Source of the DNA: a virus | Direction: 5' to 3' (one strand) | IMG/VR virus record: IMGVR_UViG_650716025_000004 | Length of the DNA stretch: 64,000 nt | In this document: piece after piece, positions 42,401 through 51,082 of the stretch | Position numbering within the stretch: position 1 is the first letter of the stretch | Layout of the letters: each line of letters begins with the position of its first letter | The notes under the pieces: generated by a model | Databases searched by the model: none | Seen by the model: only the letters and a program-made list of their open reading frames with translations | What the model was told of the DNA's origin: nothing | Position numbers and translations under genes: made by a program

Positions 42401-44463
42401 TCAGCAGATAAATGTCTATTTTCTTTTAATTCTTTTAAATATCCCGTATATTCTTTAATAGAACTTACTGAATTTTTATACGCTTTATCTAGTCGTTCTT
42501 GCTGTTCTTTGATGTTTCCGATAGAATTCGATATTGCCGTACCCTCTTTGGCAATTTCACTACCATCAAACATTTTAATCATATTTGTTAAATTAATCTT
42601 ATTTTGACCACTAGCTTTTTTAATTTCATCCTTTAAGATTTTAACAAATAAATCCGAATTTTTCTTTAAATATTCTTTATCTACAGATAAAGGCATGATT
42701 TTAGTTAGCTCGAGAGGACTCATCTTTAAAGTTTTAGCTAATGATAATATAGAATCAAAATACTTTTTTAAATCTTCCTGTTTGGGGTCTTTTAATTGTG
42801 CCACCATTTTAATATTAGAGTAACTGGGGTCGTTCTCTATTTTATCTTTAAATTTCTGAATCTCCACTTGTAACCCAGTAAAGTCCAAATTATTATCCTT
42901 ATCTATGAATTTACTAAAGTCTATTTTTATTTCTGCTAATTTTTTTGTGAAATTATCAATATTTTTTAATGCAAATACAGCGTCTATACTAGGTTTAATT
43001 ACTTTTAATTTTTCCATCATTTGTGCGCCTGTAGTTTTCATTTCACCTAATTGATTTCGATATTCTTCTGTTTTCCTATTCAGTTCTTCTTGCTGTACTT
43101 TTGTTAATCCTATATTACGTTTTATTTGTTGCAATCCTTCTATCGTATGACGGTAATAATATCCATTTTTATCTAAGTTACCACCGCCATTTTTAATCAT
43201 TTCAGCTTGATGTTGAAGTTGTGCATACTTTTTTTTTAATTTAGCATATTCGCCTTGTTGTTCTTTTAATGTATCATTTCCACTATTTACTAACTTTTGA
43301 TTCTCTATTTGATTTTTTTGTTTTAATAATTCAATTAATTCTTTTGTAGATTTAGATTGTAACTCAATTTCCCCAGTTTCAGAATTGATCCCTTTAATTA
43401 ACTCTGGAAATTTATCAACTAACTGTTGTTTAATACTTTTTAATTTTTCTTGTTCTTCAGTAGTTAATTTAGTCTTCTTAGATAAATTATCATACTCCTT
43501 ACCCTCTGTACGAAGATAGGTTATCATATCATTATTGGATTTTATATTTTGTTGTACTGATTTTTGTAACTCTTCATTAGCTTTTTTAGATTCCTTAATT
43601 CCTGTGATTAATTTCATTATACCTTCTAGTGCCAAGGTTATTGCTACAGATAATCCCAACGTCAAAGCCATTTTTAAGCCTTCAACAGCTATTTTAGCCC
43701 CTATAGCTTTTAATTTTAATCCTGCTAACCCCGCTTTTAGCTTATTTAGCGTTCCTTTGAACACTCCTCCACTTGCACTTGCACTAGTAAAAGCCAATTT
43801 TAATTCTTGTAGTGATTTTCCATTTATTAAAATAGAATGAGACAACCCACCTTCTATAGCTTTAATAGAAAATAAACTATTTTTAAATGTCTTGAATTTA
43901 TTGCTTGAGGATAATAGAACGGTTCCTAAACTTACTAATGCTACATTTAATCCTCCAAATTTGTCAACTAAATTAAGTATTCCTGTACCCATATTGACTA
44001 TTGATTTTAAAGCACCGCTATTCATTGAGTTATTAAATACAACTTCCCATTTTGCTTTAAATTTATCTATAGCACCAGACAGAGAATTTAAATAAGTTTC
44101 GTATTGTTTATTTGTTTCACCACTGGCATTCATTACCTCACTATAAATTTGTTGCGATCTTGAAACTCCATTTACATCTTTAGCAAGTCCTTGCATTAAA
44201 GCACTAAAACGAGATATTTGATAAACTCCTAAAGAACTTGATACCATGGCTCTTTCTTTATCATTCATGTCATTCCATTTACTTGCTAATTCTTGAAGTA
44301 TTTCACCAACGGGCTTTAATTGTCCCGCCATTGCACCTGTTTTAACTCCGAATTTCTCAAGAGTGTTGATTGTAGCACTAAAATCTTTATTAACTTCACC
44401 TGTATCTTTTTTTACTTGTTGAAATTTGGCAAAAATTGTTTTTAACGATGTTCCGATTGTTTC
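39487..44463 (-). CDS. Tape measure protein, exon 2
   Basis: Long coiled coil; resumes ETIGTSLKTIFA; C-terminal HKDGG...PELVL. Confidence 0.88.
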   Translation of the reverse strand, partial: ETIGTSLKTIFAKFQQVKKDTGEVNKDFSATINTLEKFGVKTGAMAGQLKPVGEILQELASKWNDMNDKERAMVSSSLGVYQISRFSALMQGLAKDVNGVSRSQQIYSEVMNASGETNKQYETYLNSLSGAIDKFKAKWEVVFNNSMNSGALKSIVNMGTGILNLVDKFGGLNVALVSLGTVLLSSSNKFKTFKNSLFSIKAIEGGLSHSILINGKSLQELKLAFTSASASGGVFKGTLNKLKAGLAGLKLKAIGAKIAVEGLKMALTLGLSVAITLALEGIMKLITGIKESKKANEELQKSVQQNIKSNNDMITYLRTEGKEYDNLSKKTKLTTEEQEKLKSIKQQLVDKFPELIKGINSETGEIELQSKSTKELIELLKQKNQIENQKLVNSGNDTLKEQQGEYAKLKKKYAQLQHQAEMIKNGGGNLDKNGYYYRHTIEGLQQIKRNIGLTKVQQEELNRKTEEYRNQLGEMKTTGAQMMEKLKVIKPSIDAVFALKNIDNFTKKLAEIKIDFSKFIDKDNNLDFTGLQVEIQKFKDKIENDPSYSNIKMVAQLKDPKQEDLKKYFDSILSLAKTLKMSPLELTKIMPLSVDKEYLKKNSDLFVKILKDEIKKASGQNKINLTNMIKMFDGSEIAKEGTAISNSIGNIKEQQERLDKAYKNSVSSIKEYTGYLKELKENRHLSAESLAEIIDKHSELIPYLNDEKTLYKKLQGVVSQEKQNALNAIGAKLEMNSTFCAEVYAKHQTAFKNIASAYNIDLDNFKSIALTKQKINGILTRNIGQQWIKQAGMGITGMKKAMQKMNESMKGQFLSWKAGDLSAEGEQDLAKKLGDIKQLEGYIKALEIMEKDIDDTKNKIKNSKWESADFSKVGSGGHSTRGRGGSKSKYHTDNTKYKFAGQALNEIDGIIKTINNSIEQTDKNITNITQRIANLQSIESKSNYAQIIDEENAKLDQQRIKVKKLQSAQSQANEKSKAIQKEIWTRWSWMKGKDLSKLNSVQWDKLYNEHYGKEIDFGGGDKAKKWKEAYDKGSKMFQEMRKDYESTKELFNKSAQDELKMEQEINATIKERVEIQKASYDEQLRLEQKQIDLAQANLDIFNIYEKENVDYIKKAQLTGQLISQQKSYLVQMIGVRNEITRQRNALQENTLEWNLLNSLLDEYEGKINESNKNLQQTLETLEEIRKSQLDELSNMQDKIVGALKKQYEKELELAKEKKAKELLLAKNLNDEQLKLIKDGSKTALEIFEDEHNKKIELWNDELRHYEEDYNAKIKEIDNKESKDKYDKDLNKKQKEKSKLESQRDALLMDSSLEAKAKRESLLEQIKKKDEEIKQFQHDRDITLRKKSLKDELDSKKKNIKDKIDTENKKYKEAKKRYDREVKALERANKEKLKKENLYAKAREMLMQNNFDTLKDFLIKYGEDSEKIFGVMGETIKKKICDNLKNAIDLMQHFNTLSDKKKWKKAVGYDEDYIMGDTEKPTEITHFGNIEKGVYEWDNIYETKEYKALIEKFLEAQRNGDTKAEADLRKQAQELIGKYKKHKDGGLNTSTGFHWLDGTDTKPELVLNADQTQAMLDIKDYLPNISKFIQQPKINLPKINLPNVNADKRQPVEFKIDNLINVEGNLDKGAIPQIKDAGNGIITRMKQEMNKVGIYRAFS

Positions 44464-44854
44464 CACATAATGTTATCGCAAAGGCTTTTTATCCTCTACA
44501 TCTAGGAGTTTCCTCGCCCCTATTAACTTTCATTAATAGATTTCAGAATGTCAATTCATTCTTAGATCAGCATACCTTTTCACCCTCGTTTAACGTTAGG
44601 TATTTAGCTATTACACTAAACAAAATAGACTATATCTATTTGTGGAGTGGTCTCGTGGATGAATTATACGGTTGGACATTGTCTATTAACCCTCATCATC
44701 TATGCGTTGCCCCTGACTGATATTTCTATCATCAATCATATTACTATGATTTAGTACCTAAGTACGCCTTCGGTTCAGATTATCCCTTTAGGACTCCCTG
44801 CTTAATCCCACTCTTATAATCATTAGGAGTTTCCTCCTAAGACGGCAAAACTTT
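44464..44854 (-). ncRNA. Group I intron (391 nt, no endonuclease ORF)
   Basis: 5' exon ends in U with U.G in P1 (ggu/aaaguuuugcc); P3 gagugg/ccacuc; P7 gcaua/uaugc; terminal G; P10 guuuu/gaaac; splicing restores the frame. Confidence 0.88.
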
Positions 44855-46192
44855 ACCACTTTCTCTTGTTTTCTCTGAAACTATCGCACCCATTGTTGCC
44901 AATTCTTGAAGTGAAATTTTTCCTTCTTTAGCCATTGCACCAGATTTCTGAATTATAGCTCCTACTTCTTGGGCACTTGTACCAGACACGGCTCCTACTT
45001 TTACCAATACATCCGAAAGTTCTTGTGCATCCACTTGTAATGAGTTAATACCTGCCGTCATTAATTCAGTTGATTGGTTTATGTCTCCATTAATAACTTT
45101 ATTAAACTTACTGAAAATCTGCATTCTTTTGTTTGTTTCATCTATAGCTAACCCTTGCCTTGTTAGTTCAACTGTTAATTTAGACATATCTGTTAATGTA
45201 GTAGCTAAATTTACACTCATTTTAGAGTATGACTGCATTAATTTATCTGTTTGCTGTTGTGTCATTCCAGTTATTTCTCGTACTTGAACCATTTGTTGAT
45301 CTAACGATATTAACACTTGTACAGCCTCATAACACTTTTGAACTCCTTTATACATTGACCCCATGGTTACAGCCATAGAAACTGCTTGTTTAATGCTATT
45401 ACCCATTCTTTCAAATGCACTAGCTATATGCTTGTTATTTACTTTTATGGCTTCACTATTTTGGTATATCTTTTGAGTATTTCTGTCTATGGTTACTCCA
45501 TATTCTTTTATCTGATTATTAGTACTTTGAGTTGCTACAGTCATTTTTATCTGTGAATTTCCCGCACTATCTAAAGAACGCTTATAATTTTTAATTGAAG
45601 CATCTGCTCCATATATAGATTGAATTTGTGCTTTTATATAAGTATCATCACTAAACATTCCACTAGAAGCAAATCCTCTTTCTTGTCCTAGTTTTTGTAT
45701 TCTCTTCTGTTCAGCTTGTGCTATTCTTTCTTCAGATTGTATAGCCTTTTGTTCCTTCTCTTTTAATGCTCTAAGCCAAATTTGTTCATACTGTTGGCCA
45801 TTTAATCTATTCATTCTACCTTGTTGCTGAGCTATAGTTTCGTTACTACCAGTTATTATTTGTTCTATTTTCTTTTGCGTATCAGTTATGGTTCTTAATC
45901 TTTCTCGTTCTTGATTATAAATTATTTTTCTAGATGAATCATTAGCCTGTGCAATTCTATTAGATACTTTATCTATTTCTTCAAGGCCATTTGTATTTAA
46001 CTTAATTCCGTTAGATTGTAATTGTCTTTGTAAATTTTTATAATCATTTATAATCTTATCAAAATTAACATTTTCTAATTTAATGTTTAATTTACAATCT
46101 TTTTGTAAGTCATTAATTATTTTGTTCAAATTTTGTTTTGCTTCTTCAAAATTAAACTCTACGCCTAATTGAATACCATATGTTTCAGCCAT
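44855..46192 (-). CDS. Tape measure protein, exon 1
   Basis: TMP core domain (ISLDQQMVQVREITG...); ends KTRESG. Confidence 0.88.
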
Positions 46193-46260
46193 ACTGTCTA
46201 ATCAACTCCTTTTTGTGCAAAATAAAAGAACCCAATGTACATTGAGTCCTTTGGCACGTA

Positions 46261-46728
46261 TTATATAATTTTTATCCCTCTACTTTGCATATATCCTATA
46301 AAGGCGTTTATTGCACTTTTAGTATTTCTTAATTCTATTTCGGTATTTTCAATGAAGTCTTTTGTATAAGGTGCAAATATGTTCTTGTCTTCATTTAACC
46401 ATTGTGCAATATAATTCATTCCTACTTGTTCACCTTTTTGAATTCCTAATTTACTGCTACCCCACCATGATTCATGAGTAAGCTCAGGGTTAAAATAAAC
46501 TTGTGCTATGTACATTCCATTTTCTTCTTTTACATCGCCTATTTCAATGGACTTCAATAACTCATAGGTTCTTTGATAACTATCGCTAGATGGATGTGAA
46601 TATACTTTATCTAATACTTGTTTTTTTAATTCATCCTTAATAATTCTACTAACGTCATCTTTTAACGCCTTTATAGATTGTTTTTTAATCTCTTTTTCTA
46701 ATTGAGATATATCAGCAAAATAAGGCAT
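46261..46728 (-). CDS. HK97 gp10-like tail completion protein
   Basis: YQRTYELLKSI motif; immediately upstream of the tape measure gene. Confidence 0.5.
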   Translation of the reverse strand: MPYFADISQLEKEIKKQSIKALKDDVSRIIKDELKKQVLDKVYSHPSSDSYQRTYELLKSIEIGDVKEENGMYIAQVYFNPELTHESWWGSSKLGIQKGEQVGMNYIAQWLNEDKNIFAPYTKDFIENTEIELRNTKSAINAFIGYMQSRGIKII

Positions 46729-47288
46729 TACTCATCACCTAATTCTAATTCTCTTATTTGTTTTTCTAGCTCCTCTTTCTTTTTTAATTTCAACTGTCTT
46801 TCTTTTTCCTTTTTTAATTCTTCTAATACTCGTTCAGTGTCTACATCTTCGTTGTTTTCTTTTTTTACTTGTTCTATTACTTCTCTTTGTTCTTCTATAT
46901 CCATATTAACTAAATTATCTAGTCCTTCTTTAGATGTCTTTTCTATTAGCTCAGGTATAATTATATTTAATAATTCTTCCTCTACATTTATTACATCTTC
47001 GCTAGGACTCATTAGTATCTCTACAATCTCAGTCTTTTTAAAATTCTCTAAATTAATATTAGTAAACATATTTAGTATTTCTACCCTATCATCTAAAGTA
47101 TAAGATACTTGCCCTTTTTCTAAAGTTTCTTTATTGTTTTCTAAAAATCTAGTTATAAAATTACAAAAGCTTAACATATTGTATTCATTTAATTCATATA
47201 TCTCTACATTACCTACTTGTTTTAACACCTTTACTTTTACTTTTAACTTTCTTTTACCCATAAAATCTTCTTTGTTCAATCTATTCAT
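46728..47288 (-). CDS. Putative tail assembly chaperone
   Basis: Acidic helical protein upstream of TMP; TAATG coupling. Confidence 0.45.
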   Translation of the reverse strand: MNRLNKEDFMGKRKLKVKVKVLKQVGNVEIYELNEYNMLSFCNFITRFLENNKETLEKGQVSYTLDDRVEILNMFTNINLENFKKTEIVEILMSPSEDVINVEEELLNIIIPELIEKTSKEGLDNLVNMDIEEQREVIEQVKKENNEDVDTERVLEELKKEKERQLKLKKKEELEKQIRELELGDE

Positions 47289-47379
47289 CGTTTTAAAAAT
47301 CCTCCTTGATATTGTATTGTTGTTTTATTTATCATATCTTAATCCCCCTAATCAAGCACATTCTTAATATTTCAATCTT

Positions 47380-47682
47380 TTAAACTAATTCCCATTGACC
47401 AATTTCTAAATAATCTTCAATATCCCAACCCTCATACCAAACTAAATACTTCTTATATGTAACTATTCCTTCTTTAACTCTTAATGTACCTGTATTAAAA
47501 GTATCATCAAATATTTCACCACTATTAATATCATAGACGCTTGCTATTTCATATCCCAAAATCTCATCCTTATATTTTTCTATTATTTCTAAACTATCTG
47601 TATATGTAACTACGTTGTGTAATTTACCCTTCTTATCTTTGTATCTCCCCTCAATTATTAGATAAATTGTTTTTACTTCCAT
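47380..47682 (-). CDS. Hypothetical protein, paralogue of 23270-23572
   Basis: Near-identical 100-aa copy. Confidence 0.75.
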   Translation of the reverse strand: MEVKTIYLIIEGRYKDKKGKLHNVVTYTDSLEIIEKYKDEILGYEIASVYDINSGEIFDDTFNTGTLRVKEGIVTYKKYLVWYEGWDIEDYLEIGQWELV

Positions 47683-47871
47683 AATTAAAACCTCCTATTT
47701 ATTTTTTGGATTTGTTGGTTTCATTTACCTTATGAATATACTATATCACCCATTATATATATTGTCAAATATATATATTATATATTTTATATATTGTTTG
47801 TTATATATATTGAATATATTATATAGAGTTGGTATACTATATAATAAGAAATAGTTATATAGGAGGGTATT

Positions 47872-48066
47872 ATGAAAATTACAATAGATACTGTATTAGA
47901 AGAACAATCAAAAACTCGTTATTGGTTAGCTCAGCAAACAGGTATTACATATCCTAGTATAATGAGAATAGCAAATAATAAATCTACATCTATAACTTTT
48001 GACAACCTTCAAAAAATCTGCATAGCTCTAAATTGCACACCAAACGATATACTCCAAATTGACTAA
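47872..48066 (+). CDS. XRE/Cro-type HTH regulator
   Basis: TRYWLAQQTGITYPSIMRIANN...ICIALNCTPNDIL. Confidence 0.85.
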   Translation: MKITIDTVLEEQSKTRYWLAQQTGITYPSIMRIANNKSTSITFDNLQKICIALNCTPNDILQID

Positions 48067-48215
48067 AACTAATAACTCACCATTATATAATCAATCTATT
48101 TCTCCGCATAACAAAAAGAACTACCTTACTATGAAGTAGTTCTTTACACATATTGGTGTTTAATATTAATATGTATTGTATCTCATCAAACAATTTAAAT
48201 AATATGCATCTAATT

Positions 48216-48575
48216 TTATGAATAAAATTCGTTGATTATTTCAATAATTTCATTTTTAGATGGTATACGATTGTCGTCCTTTTTATAATAAACAGTTAAT
48301 AAAAATATTGTTTTTTCATTTTGTATTACATAATAGATGATTCTATATCCATTTGATTGCCCAACACGAGTATCTGTATTTTTAGCTCTTGCTTTAAATG
48401 CATCTTCACCATTTGGTAATTTAATATCATTTATAGTATCTCCCACTAATACCCCTTTTTCTAGTTGTTCTACTACAATATCGACATCATCATCAATATG
48501 TTTGTACTTACGTTTATTAATGTAAAATTTTAAATCACTTATAAATTTGTCTGTAGGAATAACTTCATAACACAT
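48216..48575 (-). CDS. RelE/HigB-like toxin (cassette 8)
   Basis: YEVIPTDKFISDLK...GYRIIYY...IFLLTVYYK. Confidence 0.85.
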   Translation of the reverse strand: MCYEVIPTDKFISDLKFYINKRKYKHIDDDVDIVVEQLEKGVLVGDTINDIKLPNGEDAFKARAKNTDTRVGQSNGYRIIYYVIQNEKTIFLLTVYYKKDDNRIPSKNEIIEIINEFYS

Positions 48576-48588
48576 ATCCTAACCCCTA

Positions 48589-48825
48589 TCAACCTTGTTT
48601 TTCTTTTTTTAGCTCCTCCCGTACCTCTCTCCAACTTTTTTTAGATGAATTACCCTTTCGTATTTCTTGCATTTGTTGCAAGCTTGTCCTAAGAGACTCA
48701 GCAACAGTACAGTATCTTTCAACTACTTCCATACCTAATCCCTCTTTCTCTCTATTTTCTTTATATCTAATCTTTTTTAACTTATACACTTTCTTATTGG
48801 AACTTGTCCAACGCTGTATCTTCAT
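48589..48825 (-). CDS. Putative antitoxin with MKIQRWTS leader (cassette 8); second start at 48732
   Basis: SD aaggag+ATG at 48825; SD gaggg+ATG at 48732. Confidence 0.7.
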   Translation of the reverse strand: MKIQRWTSSNKKVYKLKKIRYKENREKEGLGMEVVERYCTVAESLRTSLQQMQEIRKGNSSKKSWREVREELKKEKQG

Positions 48826-49040
48826 GTTACCACTCCTTGTCCCGTTTTTCAATAAAATTTTGGTAAATTATATGATATTATGTTATATTTTTCTATTTAA
48901 ATACAATTTACTAAGATTCTAGATTATATTTGTATATTATTTCCATATTCATATTTTACCACAAATTGGTTAAAGGTCATAATGTTATTTCTTCGCATAA
49001 CAAAAAGAACTACCTTACTATAAAGTAGTTCTTTACATAT
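48800..49040 (-). repeat. Shared TA-cassette head module, copy at cassette 8
   Basis: Near-identical to 27850-28085. Confidence 0.88.
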
Positions 49041-49048
49041 ATTTATAT

Positions 49049-49501
49049 TTAATTTTGGTCTTCGGTAGCTTTAGTATATGCACTTTCATTTCTAGCACTA
49101 GGCTGATTCAATTCTAGTATTTCATCTATGGAAAATTTAATTATATCTATTTTTCCACCATTTTTTTCATATTCTGTATATGCACTCTGTATGTCTAAAA
49201 GTTGAGACGGCTTAATCCTTCTATGATCTTGTACTAAAAAATCTTCTAGTCTCTTATCATTTTCTAAAATATATAATCCATCTAATTTTACAAAACTTTG
49301 TTTCCAAAACGGTGGCTTATAATATTCAATATTCTTATTAGATTTAAACCCTACCTTATATTGTTTTCCATTTAAACTGGATACATTTAACATTTGTATG
49401 TATTCATCATTTACGCTCATAATTAAAAAAGTTCTAGGATAATTATGCATTCCGCCATCTGCATAATTTAATTCTAACCATAATCCTTGCCCAGTCTTCA
49501 T
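49049..49501 (-). CDS. Putative PanT toxin (PemK-like fold)
   Basis: TAATG-coupled to the Panacea gene; YPRTFLIM...LNVSS...SFVKLDGLY. Confidence 0.6.
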   Translation of the reverse strand: MKTGQGLWLELNYADGGMHNYPRTFLIMSVNDEYIQMLNVSSLNGKQYKVGFKSNKNIEYYKPPFWKQSFVKLDGLYILENDKRLEDFLVQDHRRIKPSQLLDIQSAYTEYEKNGGKIDIIKFSIDEILELNQPSARNESAYTKATEDQN

Positions 49502-50169
49502 TAATAAATAATCAATCCTTGTGTAGAATCCATACACACTGTGTAAGCTATATCATCAGCAGGGAATCTTTCTAATGTTTGACGGATATTACTATCAGTA
49601 ATATTAACTTCATTGGGATCATAATAAAATTTAACGCCATTTATCTCTATACATTCTTCATCACTTACATTGCAATCTTCATAAGCTGATAATATTTCTC
49701 TTATTAAATTTAAATCACATTGATAATTATTAACTATTTCATCAATCGGTATAATACCATCTTGTTTGTCATAGTTACCATTACCTCTTTTTGATTTCTC
49801 GTAATGATCTTTCCAACAGGAATGTTCATGTGTTAATTGTGATAATTCCCTAGCGTCAACTTGTCCAAAAATATTGCTTGTAATATTTAAAACTTCCTCT
49901 TCTTCATCTGCTAGAGTAATTGAGGACTTTCGTGCTGTTTGTATAAAATTATTATAATTGTTATGATATTCTTGTCGTACATTTTCAACTACTACACCGT
50001 GTTTAAATGCAGATAAATTATCATTAAATAAAACTTTATCTCTTTTCACTAAACTGATTAATTGTGCAAAATATAAAAGCTTATTCAACTTCATATTACC
50101 ATTTCTTGTATCGCAGGGTTTATAGCCATTTTTAATAAACCATTTTGCAACGTCAATAGCTTGACACAT
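49501..50169 (-). CDS. Panacea (DUF4065/SocA/GepA) antitoxin
   Basis: AIDVAKWF...MKLNKLLYFAQ...LF...AFKHGVVV...LSQLTH..SCW. Confidence 0.85.
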   Translation of the reverse strand: MCQAIDVAKWFIKNGYKPCDTRNGNMKLNKLLYFAQLISLVKRDKVLFNDNLSAFKHGVVVENVRQEYHNNYNNFIQTARKSSITLADEEEEVLNITSNIFGQVDARELSQLTHEHSCWKDHYEKSKRGNGNYDKQDGIIPIDEIVNNYQCDLNLIREILSAYEDCNVSDEECIEINGVKFYYDPNEVNITDSNIRQTLERFPADDIAYTVCMDSTQGLIIY

Positions 50170-50493
50170 AGTTTAATACCCCCTTAATGTTATTAAATGT
50201 TGTTAATTTTTTAAAACCAGAAATAAATATCTAGTTTTATATATAGAATACGGTACATCTATAATCAAAATAATAATTATTTTAAGTTATAATAATAATA
50301 CCTATTAATAACTTGATTGTCAAATTATTCTTAAACTACACACCAAATGACATACTCCAAATAGACTAACATTAATTTATAATATTAATTAGTGAATATT
50401 TAACAATCAATCTATTTCTTACCATAACAAAAAGAACTACCTCATTACAAAGTAGTTCTTTACATATATTCATATTTAATTATCTATAATTAT

Positions 50494-51030
50494 TTATTCT
50501 TTGTATGTCGTTATATTTACCGCAGCTTCATCAAATGATTCTTTGACGTATTGATATTCCATACACTTTTGTTCCAATAATTTAAAATTGCAACATCTAT
50601 TAGATATCTTTTTATGTTTTCCTGAATTAACTATACTATATAACTTCCTTGCTTTGTCTTTAACTTCTTGTTTACTTTTATTTAGATATTTAAATTGATT
50701 AAATAATAAATTTTTATAACTTTCCTCTTGTTCATTTATATGGAATGGCAATAAATTCTCATCACAAACTGGAATCATATTATTAAGATTAACTACGCCT
50801 AGTTGTCCTTTTTTTATTTTTACACAATCAATTTGTTCATCACTAATATTTTTGTGTTTTTGTTTAGGTGAAGACATAGGAGCAAAATATTTAAAGTCAT
50901 TAACGTGAAATACTATGCCAGTATATTTTCTAATACCTTCATGAATCTTTTTATTTAAAGCTACATTAGTATCAAAGCTTCTTAAATAAGTAATATAATT
51001 ACTATCTATCATATAAATTTTAATCCCCAT
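50494..51030 (-). CDS. Type III TA toxin, ToxN/AbiQ family
   Basis: IYMIDSNYITYLRSFD...RKYTGIV...YFAPMSSPK...LNLNNMIPV; preceded by a repeat array and terminator. Confidence 0.9.
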   Translation of the reverse strand: MGIKIYMIDSNYITYLRSFDTNVALNKKIHEGIRKYTGIVFHVNDFKYFAPMSSPKQKHKNISDEQIDCVKIKKGQLGVVNLNNMIPVCDENLLPFHINEQEESYKNLLFNQFKYLNKSKQEVKDKARKLYSIVNSGKHKKISNRCCNFKLLEQKCMEYQYVKESFDEAAVNITTYKE

Positions 51031-51056
51031 ATTTTACCCTCACCAAATAATAAAAA

Positions 51057-51077
51057 TGGGTAACTAAATGTTACCCA
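51057..51077 (-). terminator. Terminator between the antitoxin RNA array and the toxin gene
   Basis: tgggtaac-taaat-gttaccca followed by a U-rich tract on the - strand. Confidence 0.8.
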
Positions 51078-51082
51078 CATAC

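Noticed and set aside
44436-44720. 94-aa + strand ORF as an intron-encoded homing endonuclease
   Set aside because: Antisense to the intron, with no LAGLIDADG, HNH or GIY-YIG motif
44464-44854. Tape measure gene broken by a frameshift or pseudogenised
   Set aside because: Group I structural elements and an exact in-frame splice junction explain the split
49502-49537. Longer start of the Panacea-linked toxin
   Set aside because: Overlaps the antitoxin coding region; TAATG coupling at 49501 is more plausible
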